This document shows, one piece after another, positions 10,601 to 23,200 of a stretch of DNA of 64,000 nt. The position numbers and the translations under genes were made by a program. The notes below the pieces were generated by a model. The model was not told where the DNA came from and searched no databases. It saw only the letters and a program-made list of their open reading frames with translations. The stretch is from positions 17,546,001-17,610,000 of the forward strand of contig JBHGNT010000012.1 of assembly GCA_043228905.1 (NCBI GenBank). The letters run 5' to 3'. Every line of letters begins with the position of its first letter. Positions within the stretch are counted from its first letter, which is position 1. This stretch comes from Azolla caroliniana (Eukaryota; Plantae; Polypodiophyta).

Positions 10601-13600
10601 TTCGCCCACATACATAAGGTAACATTTGTATTGATATATAATCATTCAAATTGACTCATAATAATTTCATCTTATATCTCTTCTAATAATGGAGATGTCA
10701 ATTTATTACTTTATTGTTATTGGAGTGGAAAACAACAATGTGTCTAACAAATTGGGCAAAAGCACATGGACAATGTGTCCGGCCGATAGGATAAAACCAT
10801 TGATAAATATAAATAGATTACTCTACATAAACTATGGAAAAGAAGTTAACCACATGGGCCATGTCTCTAACATGTAGGGCAGACAAAAAACAGGCAATAT
10901 ATTATGAAGTCTTAGATTGATAGAAAGTCCAAAGTTATGGTTTCCTCGAGGATTCGATGAAAATGACAAGATTGACATTAAAAGAAAAGCAATTGAATGT
11001 TTTATAACTTTGATCGTTTTGTTCCAAAATCCCTCTGAACAATTGCACGGACACAAAGAGTATATACATATGAACACATGTGTGTGCGCACATGCACTCC
11101 ATTCAACTTTTAAACAAAAAACTTCAAGCGCTAGATGTACTAGTAATGCTTTTTAGTCAACAATTCCATCCAACAAGTTTCTCCATTTTCGTACCTTACA
11201 AATTATATTCTTTTTCCGCGCGTGCATGTTGCATGCACAGTACACCGGGCAACTATAGCATTCTATAATCCTCACATGATTCTCTCATTTGTGCATTGCA
11301 ACTCCACCCTTTACACAAAATTCAATATGTTGTTCAAAAGGTAGCAAGTTGCAACTACTCTCTAGCTATTTCTCACGTGTGCTTCATGTTCTTCAAATTC
11401 TTTACACATCTTAAAACTTTGTAATAATCACATTCTAACATGTTACCCGCGTATGCATATTCCATGTTGTATCACTCATTTTCAAAGTAGAAATCACCAC
11501 TTCATTCTAGCATCTACATACAACAAGCATTGCCTTTTTCCTCTAGGCTTTACTCATCTATTGACTCATATAGTCAAACAAGACTTAATCTGTATGCCGT
11601 ACAATGATTGATGCCATACAATATCATCTTCTACTAGGGCACATGTAATTCTACGTTCAAATATGAAACACAAAGTACATATGTTTCAACGTGTGGATAG
11701 TGAGAATCGATTATCTTTTTTGACATTATAGATTTGATTACATTTCAATTACTGACCAAAAAAGATATTGTACTTTCTTATTCACGTTCTTTAGCAAATA
11801 CATCATACTCTTTTTTCTTCTTCCACTTTCTTGCATGATATGCTCGAGAGTCGAGAACATATAACAGCTAGCAAGCAACCAAATAAAGCCCTTATGGGCT
11901 CAAAGAAAGTAAGTGGAAAATATTCTTATGCATCCCATAGAGAAAAATTGCAAATCTTGTATTTCCTTTTTATCTCAAATCTTATACTTTACAAGTGTAA
12001 AATCTTTATAAATATCATTAAGATAGTTGTCAAGCATCACATATGACTAATACTCTATTAGTTAAGTAAGAGGGGCACTAAGCATATATGTCAAAAGTCG
12101 ATAAGCATGGTGAGGTTCTTGTGAGCATTTCTCTCTTGTTACCTAGTTCCCCAAAAACGTACATGTGGACAAAGAGTTTCCCTTCATGGCAAGCTAACCA
12201 ACCCTTTGTATCTATACATCCAATTTGAAAGGGTGGGAACATTTGAATGTGATTTGTATCCCATTTGAATGTGATTTGGAAGTTAGCCCTAATGTGAGTA
12301 GGAACACATACATAGTTTCAAGCATCGTGATCCTTTGTCAAACAGTGTAGGTAAGTCTATAATGTTTTTTCCTCGGGTACTTAAATAATGTTCGCATATG
12401 AGTCAGTATGTTTTTCATCATAATTTGATTGAAGGAATGAGAAAATAAATCTATGGGTGAAGACAAATAAAGTTGGAATGTGTGTGACTATAGGTTTAGG
12501 TACATGTCACTAAAACTATCAATGGTTTGTACAAAGTTTGACAAGCCTATAACAACTATATTTATTGACCAAGTGAATTGGATGGAATGTTCCATCTATT
12601 ATCAACTGCACAAAAATTTGTGAAAATATTCGAAATGTGTCAACCATGGCCCATTTGTTTGCTCTTTCTCCATGACATCAATTACATTGAGGTTAACCTT
12701 TTGCTTCCCCTTCTTGACCATGGTAACATTGGTGAAATGCATTCTGTTACATTTGTAAATAATAAAAACTCAAGCACATACATCTTAAAGAACTCATTTG
12801 CCAATCCATCCCAACTAGAACTTTTATTGTCTAAGAAATGTGATTATATTGATCTACCTCACCCTTTGTAAAATATGTGTTAAAACTCTTTGTAATCTCT
12901 TGCTATACAAGATTTCTCACTCCTAGCATAAAGGCATTAGAAGCAATATCTAAAATCCAAGTAATATTTTGCATAGTTATTCAATTCCGATCTGAATTAA
13001 TAGTTGTGTACAATATTCCTTGCATTTTGTTGCAACAATGTTCCACATGCATAATTCCATTCCTCTCTATTCTTGCCACATTATATCGAGAGTATGATTA
13101 ATGGAGGGCATGGAAAAAGTAATGTGTTTTCACAAATTTTACCACCCATTTCTTGCTTCATTTCATACACATGTGCATGCTAATAATTTCGCATTTGAAA
13201 ATAAGGAAACTAGGAGGGTAACACAATTTGAAATTTCGGTAATACATTGTCCCTTGGCGAATAAGCTAGCAATGCATTACTTCTATCAAGACACTTCTTG
13301 CACATTGCTAACACCTCCTATGCATCTCTACCATCAATTTAGATATGGTTTGAGAATTCAACTAGTAGTTGCATCATAGATCTATGAAAAAACTCACGAT
13401 GAAGAAAAGATGAATTGAACCTTGATGTGGGCTTCACTCAAGTCTGAGTAAATTGATTCATAAGTTGTATATTAAACTCCAAAACATGTGGAAAATGATA
13501 AGAGCTAACTTGACCATTAGAAGTTGTGATATCCATTATCCTTGGAAAGAACTCATCATTATGTGTTACGTGCATTCGACGTGATGTTGACGTAAATTGT

Positions 13601-14836
13601 GATTATTGAAAAGTATTGTAAACAATCGGGTATGATTCTTGTGTAGCGGAAGAGATGTGTGTTATGTGTATGTGTGAGAGGAATTGCCCACATAACATAG
13701 TTGATATCCCTTTCTAGAAAATATAAACCTAAATTCCTCATATACTCCATATTAACTTTATTAAGCATTAATCCCATCATATCCTAACTTTTCCCTCTTC
13801 TTCAATGCCAATGTTTCAACCAAATTTTTGAAAAATATACAAAATTTGCTTAAGAATTATGATGAGAATGTAAAGTGTTGAATTAGATGGGAACTCGACT
13901 GAATGTTGTATTTGTTTTTGTTTATACCGAGGCAAATTTACTCAATCCACAATGAGAGATGTTAACCTCATAAGGTGTTTGGAATTACACAATAGTACTA
14001 CAGTATGAAGATACAATCAAAAGTCCAGCCAAATTACAATACCACAAAGTGAGAGGCACTCAACATGATTTATTGTGCCAAGTCCACCATAACTTGCTAG
14101 GGGTGTTGTTATTTCACAAAGAATAGAATCACAATCATGGATTGTACCAAAGCTTTTGGATCCAAATTCAATGTTCTTGTGGACCAAATCCTCAAATGTT
14201 TGTTCACAAATGCCACAGCTTATAGAAAATTTGGAGTTTCTGCATGGAATTTATAGAGTGCTTTGGTAGAAGTTTCTTCCGAAGTTGCAATGGTCAACAT
14301 ATGTAAGTTTCAAAAAAATGTTGGATTTTTGAAACCTATAACAATTAAAAGAAAGACATAAGCTATGTAAATAGATTCTCAAAATCCATAATTTTTGTAA
14401 TGAAAACATTTATAAACAACTGAAATTTAGAATTAACACATGAATTAGAAGAGGTACAACTAAAATTTGTAGTAATTAGGTTGCAAATTTTGGCAATTAT
14501 GAAATGCACCAAGGGTTTGCATAGCATGAACAAATTGGTCATGAAAATGAAACGTAAGCATGTGCATAATACCACATGAGATCTCTTTCAACTGAGATGC
14601 ATAAACTTGTATTGCTGATTCACATCATTACCATACACCAACCAAAACATGGTAGTAAATGTTGTGTAAATGAGAGTTCTTTGTAAACTACAGCTCAATC
14701 AAGAAAGATTTCCTCAAATGTCTATAACTAAGTGAAATTAATGGCATACAAACATAAATATGAATTCTCAGGCATTGTTCAAGGCGTCTGAGTTTTTTTA
14801 CTCGTCGTCAGTCAATGCTACAGGGAAATGTGTCCA

Positions 14837-15040
14837 GTTTCAATTGTCATCAAGCAATGCTCAAAGGATATGTTGCATGTTTCGATCATTCTTGAGCAAT
14901 TGTCAAGGGATATGAGTCACATGACAATAGAGGAATCAGTTTCAATTATCATCAAGCAATACTCAAAGGATATGTTGCATGTTTCAATCATTCTTGAGCA
15001 ATTATCAAGGGATATGAGTCACATGACAATAGAGGAATCA
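14837..15040. repeat. 102-bp tandem duplication
   Basis: 14837-14938 and 14939-15040 are nearly identical. Confidence 0.95.
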
Positions 15041-15666
15041 TAAAAGCATCAGCCTTCATGGAAAGCATGACACAAACAAAAGGAACCCAATCCCCCCATC
15101 TATGGAAATACGGAGACCATCAACTATAGTAAGTAATTGTGGTCCTTGAAATATGAAATGCCAATAATACCTGGGAACCAAAACAGTCGAGAAATTATTT
15201 GTATCAATACTTGATGAGCCAATCGCAAGGATGTGCTAACACCATGCTTCTCTGGGAAATAACATCCAGGACTTTTTCCCAAACTTTCAAAATTTAAGTC
15301 ATGATATTTCATTGTTATTGTTTTACAAGCATTATGAGTATAACTTGTGAAACCACAAACAATCATTGAAGGGACCAATGTGAACATGAAGGGTGAGATT
15401 TCTATTCACATCAAATGTCAGCATATTACATTATTCTCAAAGTGATACCCCATCATATGGTGCAAATCATAGTAGAGGTAAGGTCCAGCATGCTGATGTA
15501 TGAAAGTATCAATCACAGAAGGCAGGGCATACCAAATCACTGTAACTCCCTGGACATTGTGGAAAGAAATGCTCCCTGGATATGTTATTATCTCGATGGA
15601 TCTAGATATCCTTCTAACATAGCAAAATTACTTGTGGTTTAGCAGCAGCAACATAGGGAATTACAA

Positions 15667-15984
15667 CTACGGCTTCCGTATTGAGTGGGGTTGAGGATCT
15701 GGGCCAATATCTCGAGAGCCTGTGTTGACATAGGGTCCTCTCATAGCTGCTTGAGGTGGCAAAGCTTTTGTAGTATCAACCACAGGTTTCTTGTGTTTTC
15801 CACCTCTGTTGTAATTTTAACACCCGATGAAACCTGCATATTAGTCATAGATATATAGAAGTAAAGAGAATGTCCTAAATGAATGGAGAAATACTTACAC
15901 CCAGTAGAAGGGGAATGCAACCCCTGCAGCAGCAAAACCAAGGAGACCTACAGCTAAGACGGAATTTCTGAGGCGTGATGCCAT
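15667..15984 (-). CDS. 74-aa conserved single-transmembrane microprotein, 2 coding exons (15899-15984, 15667-15805)
   Basis: GT-AG intron 15806-15898 (donor GTAAGT, acceptor ACAG) joins in frame to give MASRLRNSVLAVGLLGFAAAGVAFPFYWVGGKHKKPVVDTTKALPPQAAMRGPYVNTGSRDIGPDPQPHSIRKP*. I recall the PPQA..RGPY.NTGSRD.GPD motif from an uncharacterised small plant protein family. Confidence 0.88.
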
Positions 15985-17229
15985 GCCCTCTCCGCACCTC
16001 TGCACCCAATGACCACCATGTAAATATTTTAGCACCTACAAGTATGAAGAGAGCACAAAGAGCTGTGTAGCGCATTGTAAATGTTGGTGGTGGAACAAAA
16101 TACATGGTGTAGGACACATTCCATTACCTCCGATGACTACAATGTGCAACTTCTATGTGACTTTATCTATAGGTGTTAACATTATATGCGTGCATACATA
16201 TGAAGCAACATCAATTGCATGAGATTCATAACTATAACTGATGACACTAGGATTGCTGCCAAGTGTAAGAACTCCCCCAATGTAGCTTGTAAGTTGTAAT
16301 GTATGAGGAAACGAATCTCACATCCTTCATATTCAACAAAAAGGATAAAATAAGGCAGTATCATTTGGGCATGGCTTGGCAATATTAGCAAATTAGATGT
16401 TGCAGAATGGTCATTGCTAGAGACTCAAAACATCTTACACAGTTTTACTGCACCATTGTAAATCTTAATAAAGCATGTTTACATCAAGAGTGAGAACATC
16501 GTATGTATATTCAATTGTAACATTTTTTCTTCTAGAATATAGTAAAGAAGGCAGTAATTTTACAAAATATTACATTAAATCCTTCCTTAACATCCATATC
16601 AAATTGCATTTAGACCAATGTTACAAATAAGTTTAAATCTAGGTAACATCCCCTACAAACTGAATTATATAAAGAAAATACCAAATACTAGTTCTTGTAA
16701 ACTTTCATGCAATGGCTGTGATCTTTTCCATGATGGTCATGGAAATTTCTTATATATCTAGAAATTCCTGAATGGGTTACTCTTGGAATTTTTTGACTTC
16801 TTCAATCATTTCTTCATCTACTACACATCGGCTCATTCTTTGAGTGCAGTTTTTATTGTTTGAGCACTTTCGATGCACCTCGGCCCTTTAATGTGGAAAA
16901 GTCATGTGGTCATTCCTTGCTTCCTAGCTGACAATGGAATATTAGCCATGTGTCCATTCCCTAAAAGTTTTTCATTTTGGAGAGGATTGACCATGTCACT
17001 CCCTCAATTCTTTTGATGTGGGAGAACGAATGGCCAAATGGCTATGGCTTGTGTCATAATGAAACAACTAGACACTCCTCCATTGTTTGTTGTGAAAAGG
17101 AATGGTCATGTAACCAGTTCTTGTTTCCAGAGGCCATTCTATCCCAGTTAATCAATGAAAGGTTGCTCTCTGTTACGTCTATGTCGTAGAAAGAACCTAT
17201 CTTAGGAACCTAGCTGGGATGGTATTCAA

Positions 17230-18300
17230 TATTCAGGTGGACAAGTGTGAAAAAGTGGCTGAGCTGAAGTCTCACAAATGGCATATTGAGCTCTCATGAT
17301 ATCTAGCTCATAATGGTACGCTATAGTAGCTGCTGAAATTTGTGGTTTTCTAGATAAAACATTAATCAATATATTTTTCTTGCCTTCAACATAAACAATT
17401 TGAGAATGAAACATGCCCATACAGATGTTTTGAAGGTGAACTTATTTCAGTGAGAAAGTATCTGAAGGACTGACGATCAGTTTGACAATGAGCAAGTAGT
17501 GCTTCCAAGTGGAAAGAGAATGTATATCAGCCAAAAGTGCTTTTGCATAGGCAATAAAATATCTGTCTTGCATTAATACTGCACTTATATTGTTACCACA
17601 TGCATCATATTGGGCGAAAATGGCTTATATAAATCAGACAATTAGCTTGATGTTTCATTTGCTCAGAAGCTGCATTTTCCTTAAGAACCCAGGTAAATGC
17701 TACTCCTTTCTTAGTTAAGCATGCTAATGTAATGCCACTTCAGCAAAATATCTTCTGGCTTAATAGGAGCACAATCCAAAATGCCTATGTACATTATGAT
17801 ATTCCTTGGAAATGCAAAGACTTAATGATATTCCTTGAGATCAATATTGCTGAAAATTACTGCATCTTGAACTCTAACCAAGATACTGCTGATTCTTGGA
17901 ATAGGACAAACAGTTTCTTCATGGTTATTTTAGTTAATGTTATGTAGTTTATATAGATACTCCATGAACTATCCTTCTTTTGCACAAATCGCACCTTAGA
18001 ACAAAAGCCTGATGAGCTTGGTTGAAGCAATCCCATTTCTCACAAATACTTTCCCTTACTTATTATCTACTCTGGTTAAGCTGTGTAACCCTATATGGTG
18101 CCATATCAAAGGAGTCCTATCAGATATGCAATGAATAATATACCCTTCAAGATGTTCTAGTGGCAATTCACTACACAACGACTCTGAAAAACGCTTCTCG
18201 TATAGATTAAGAAATTCGAACATATCTTTATCGAATTGGGATAAATTAGATTTGAACTTCTCATCATTTTCTTTAACAAAGATCAAGTACACAGAAATCT
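17230..18300 (-). mobile_element. degenerate Ty3/Gypsy pol relic (RT/RNase H) inside the putative 5'-UTR intron of the microprotein gene
   Basis: Fragments FSESLCSELPLEH..YII (pre-RT 'LPP.R..DH.I' region) and FHSQIVYVEGKKNILINVLSRKP (RNase H end, 'Y..GK.NVVADALSR'). Confidence 0.75.
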
Positions 18301-18907
18301 AATAAAAAGACCCCTCACTCCAAGTCAATGAAGCAATACTCACTCCCTCAATTCTCTGTGGCCGTTCCCTCAAAGATTTTGGTTCCAAATGAGGCCCATG
18401 TGGATATTCTCTCGATTCTGTTGTGAAAAGAGGAATGGCTATATGGCCACTCCTCCCGTGGTTCATGAGAATGGAACAGGTATAAGGCCATTTCTTACTT
18501 CATATCAAGCAATTAAGGCATAAACATTCCATTTCACATATGCATTCCCTGGATCGTTTTGATCAGAGGAAAGCAATTGTCATGTGCATATTCCTTCCTG
18601 CATAATATTAGTCAAAGCAGCAACTAATAACTATCTCCTACAATATGTTTGGTGGAAGATGATTGATTTGAGATTGTTTGTGATTTAATCCAATTTCATA
18701 GAAAAGAATATGGAAGATTCTTGAGACCATTGATACGCATTACCAAATATACCATCCATCCACAGGAACAAACATTTAGGACTCACAATCTCCACAATGT
18801 TGGGGTTTAAAGCAAACAAACGAAAACAAAAACAATCTAGTGCATTATTTCCATGCAGAGAACTGCATCCAAAGTAAACAATATAGAAGAATTTGAGGGT
18901 AATTTAC

Positions 18908-19205
18908 CTGGCAGCAAAAAGAGAACAAATTTCTGGGCTCTCCGAGGTTGGAACTCTCAAAACCACAGCCTCTAGTAACAAATCTCTGAGCTTGAACCTC
19001 CGTTTGGATATACACTCAGTCAATCTCAGACCCACAGGTTCATTCAATTTTCCTTCTTAAAAAACTGGCCTTCTGGCTTTCCAGATTCTGACTCTGATCT
19101 TCATCAATGACATTCTGATCAACAAACAAACATTTAACAAACAATCTCTCTGTCTCTCTCTCTCATCTGATTGATTCACTTTGGAATTAGGGCTATATTT
19201 ATATG
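18908..19205 (-). promoter_or_regulatory. putative TATA box and first non-coding exon of the microprotein gene
   Basis: Minus-strand TATAAATA at ~19196-19203, a GA-rich leader, and donor CAG/GTAAAT at 18907. Matching acceptor TGTAG at 16036. Confidence 0.5.
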
Positions 19206-19242
19206 TACTCTAATGGTAAAAAGCTTAACTGATAAGCTTTTA

Positions 19243-19461
19243 TTCATCAACCATCAATTCACCATGGTTCAAATCTAGGCCACTCCACATACATGGTTAA
19301 GCTTTTACTCATCAATCAATTAATTCACCATGGTTCAAATCTAGGTCACTCCACATACATAGTTAAGGTTTTACTCATCAATCATCAATTCACCAGGGTT
19401 CAAATCAAGGCCACTCCACATACATACATAGTTAAGCTTTTACTCATCAATCATCAATTCA
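19243..19461. repeat. ~65-bp tandem array, left part (~3.3 units)
   Basis: Unit TCATCAATCATCAATTCACCAGGGTTCAAATCTAGGCCACTCCACATACATAGTTAAGCTTTTAC; continues at 25938. Confidence 0.93.
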
Positions 19462-19812
19462 TTGGGCATCCTTGACGAGGTGCTCATTACCTTTTAGAAG
19501 GGTCTCTGGCGTCTCCACATGCCTCAAAAAATCAAGCTCTTTTGGTGGCAAATCGGTCATAACGTGGTTCCTGTTGGCGAATGGCTAGGTAAAAGTGGCG
19601 GCCCTATAGGTTGCCCACTTTGCTCTTCACCTATTGAGTCTCTGAGACACTGTCTTTGGGATTGCCCTCAAGCTCAAAAGGTATGGGATAGAGTCACTCG
19701 CCTCCTTGTGGCATGGGAAGTGGAAGGAACAACATCGTGGAGTGTTGCGGCATGGATTGATCACTCAGCTGATAGGTGGACGGACGTCTTCAATGTGGAT
19801 AGTTGGTGCTAT

Positions 19813-20198
19813 TGTTGAGAGACAAGCTCAACATCGGCCGGATCGGCTAAAGAAGCCGAGGACCAGATCGGTTGGGACCGATCGGTTAGGCTGAGTGCAT
19901 AAACCGGGAGGCCATTAGGAAAGATATTCCGTGAGGAATATATTTGGGAGTTAGTGTAGGAGCTCTTGATGAGCATTGAAGTACTGTCAGTATTTCGGTT
20001 AGTCCTTCTAGGACTTGTATAAAAGTGCTCACTGAGCACGTCTTATGTACAGATTGAGTATTATTGTTGAATATAGTTTTTTGTGTTTCTCTCTCTGTCT
20101 CTCCCGAGTATACTGCGTAAGCTCAAGCTCTCCATTGAACCTGAGTTTCCTTCCTTCTGTTCGGTCTTCATACTTGCTTCCGCACGTTACTTTCTACA
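19813..20198 (+). repeat. 5' LTR (386 bp)
   Basis: Differs from the 3' LTR at 4 positions by eye, all transitions. Confidence 0.97.
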
Positions 20199-20210
20199 TG
20201 GTATCAGAGC
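20199..20210 (+). promoter_or_regulatory. primer binding site (tRNA-iMet)
   Basis: TGGTATCAGAGC immediately after the LTR. Confidence 0.95.
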
Positions 20211-20270
20211 GCGAGGGTTGAGAACCTCTCTGCAGCCGACACAGCTTGACGAAGAAGAACAAGAAGAACG

Positions 20271-23200
20271 ATGGATAGAGGCATGGCGAGCTCGCTTCCA
20301 ACAGAGAAGCTCGATAGAACCAACTACGCGTCTTGGTCCTACAAGATGCACTAGTACCTGCTCGGGCACGGCTACTGGAGTTATGTCGAAGGAGCTAATG
20401 ACGCGGCACCCGAATCGACACACAGAGACTTTCCGTCGTGGGAGCAATCGGCGAGCAGGGTATTATACTGCTTCGCGTCGTGTGTGGGCGAACAACTATT
20501 GAGCTATGTTCGGGATGCAAAGACGCCGAAGGGTGCGTGGGAAAATCTGAAGAAGATCTTCGCCGCGAGCACCACAGCCAGGAAGCTTCAGCTCCGACAG
20601 GAGTTGAGCAACCTACGACAACACGACTTGTCGGTGGCGGACTATACCTCGAAGATCAAGGATATCTGCGACTCCCTCACCTCCATAGAGGTGAACATCG
20701 AGGAGAGCGAGATGGTCCAGATCTGTCTCGGAGGTTTGGCGTCGAAGTTCGGAGCGTTCCGAACGGTTGTGCGTACCCGGGAGAATACGCCGTCCTTTTT
20801 CGACTTACAATCGATGCTCCTGGTAGAGGAGAACCACGCGGGTGCGTCTACAAGCACGCACACCGACAACAGAATGTTGTACACGGAGGGAGATAGGCCC
20901 CGTGGACGTGGAGGACGAGGCGAGTCGGCACGCAATGGAGGCGGCCGACGAGATCAAGAAAGAAGGCACCGAAGTGATGCCGACAACAACTCCGAACCCT
21001 TCGGAAACAGGGGGAGTCGATGCGATGAGAACCGGCAAGGGAAGTCCATCGCGGAGTGCTGGTACTGTGGCAAGAAAGGCCACAAGGAAAGTGAGTGCTG
21101 GAAGAAGCGCGCCGATTCGGAGAGAACTGGTTCCGGGAACGGCTCCAGACATACCGACAAGGGAAATCGGCAGCGATCGCACTACGCCGAAGACTCTGGG
21201 AGAGCCGGAGAAGGAACTGCCTTCGTGACTAGACATGAAGCAAACTCAATGAAGCAGACCACCCCGAGATCGGACGAGGTGTGGTACGTAGACTCCGGCG
21301 CGTCAAACCACATGACGAGCCATAAGGAGTGGTTCTCGTACCTTGAAAAACCGATACAACCTGGAGTAGTCGCAACAGGAGACGACACTCCGCATCCGAT
21401 CGCGAATGTCGGAGAAGTTCCCCTTAGCCATGTCGGGCAGAAAGGGAAACTCATGAACGTGCTGCACGTTCCAACAATCACGAAAAACTTGGTCTCGGTC
21501 GGACAGATCGTCGACCAAGGGATGGAGGTTCGGTTTACACACCTCGGGTGCTTCATTGAGGAAGAAGGCCGTGTGATTGCGCAAGGGCGCAGAGACGGGA
21601 GGATGTTCATCCTCGACTCCACTGACGGCGGCACCGCAATGTTCGCGAAGGGACAAAAGACCGAGTCGGACATCGACTTGTGGCACAAGCGGATAGGCCA
21701 CGTCAACCTCCAACGGCTTCAAGATCTGCAATCGAAACAGGTAGTGTTCGGATTGCCCAAATTTAGTGGCCGAAAGGCACAAATTTGTGAAGCCTGCCAG
21801 CTCGGGAAGCAACACCGACTTCCCTTCCCCAACGAGCGAAACCGGAGCCGGAACAAACTCGACCTTATACACTCCGATGTGTGGGGGCCGACACAAAACG
21901 TTAGTCTTGGCGGGAGCCGATATTTCGTCTCCTTCATCGACGACCACACGCGGCACACGTGGATCTACCTCATTGAGAGGAAGAGCGAAGTCTTCGACTG
22001 TTTCCAGGACCTCAAAGGGTTCGTGGAAACTGAAACGGGACGAAAGATCAAGTGCCTGCGGTCGGATGGCGGGAAAGAGTACTTTTCCGGTCAATTCCAC
22101 GGTTACCTACAACAAATGGGAATTCGCCGCGAATTCAGTTGTAGATACACGCCGGAGAAGAACGGCATGGCCGAGAGAAAGAATCGGTCGATTGTGGAAG
22201 CGGCACGGGCGATGCTGGAGGAGAAGAGCTTGCCCAAGTTCTACTAGGCCGAGGCGGTAAGGACCGCGGTATATATCCAAAACCGGATCGGAGACAAAGT
22301 GTCGGCGCACGAGCTATATTTCGGAACGAAGCCGAACTTGCGACACTTGAGGGTGTTCGGTAGCATTGCGTATGTGCATATACCGAAGGAGAAAAGGAGG
22401 AAGCTGGACGCAAAGGCCGAGAAATGCATCTTGGTCGGTTACTCAGACGAGCAGAAGGGTTATAAGTGCTACAACCCTCGCACCAAACAAGCGCGTGTCA
22501 GCCGCGACGTGGTGTTTGACGAGTCCGCGTCCTGGTACCTGCCCCCGACTACGAACCTAGACTCCAATCCGAGTTCTGACGATGAGGTCAACGAGGCCGA
22601 GATGCCTCCGAATGAGCCCGAAATCGAGACCCGCGAAGAGAGTCCGATTTCACTCCGGTTAAGTGGACCGATTGGACGACTGAGTCGGTACGACCAGTCC
22701 GATGAAGAGCCGGCGAGTAGTGGAGACTCGGTCGTGCATTCCCCGCGCAGGAAGCCGAGGAGACGGCTTACGCGCAAAGAGAAAGGGAAGAAGAAGGTGT
22801 CGGATTCCGGCACGGAAAGGAACGAGTCAGACCGACGCGAGTCCGACTTCGAGGGAACCGGTGACGGGTCTTTAAAGGTGAAGACCGTGTCGACCGAGAA
22901 GGCCTCGACATCGGCTAATGTGAGATTACGCCGATCTACCCGCCAGAAGAACCTAGTTGTGCGGTTCGGATACAACGAGTACATGGCGCATCATTATGCG
23001 TACATGACCCGTGTAGCGGAAGTGCGTGAGCCGGAGAGCTACGCAGAAGCGGCGAAGGACGCGAATTGGCGCGCCGCGATGGAGGAAGAGATGCACGCAT
23101 TGGCGGAGAACGAGACCTGGGACCTAGTTGACGCACTGAAGGGTGTGAAGCCGATCGGGTGTAGATGGGTGTACAAGGTCAAGTACAACACCAATGGCTC

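Noticed and set aside
10700-14800. Possible decayed DNA transposon or pseudogene in AT-rich DNA
   Set aside because: No motif, termini or consistent frame could be identified by eye.
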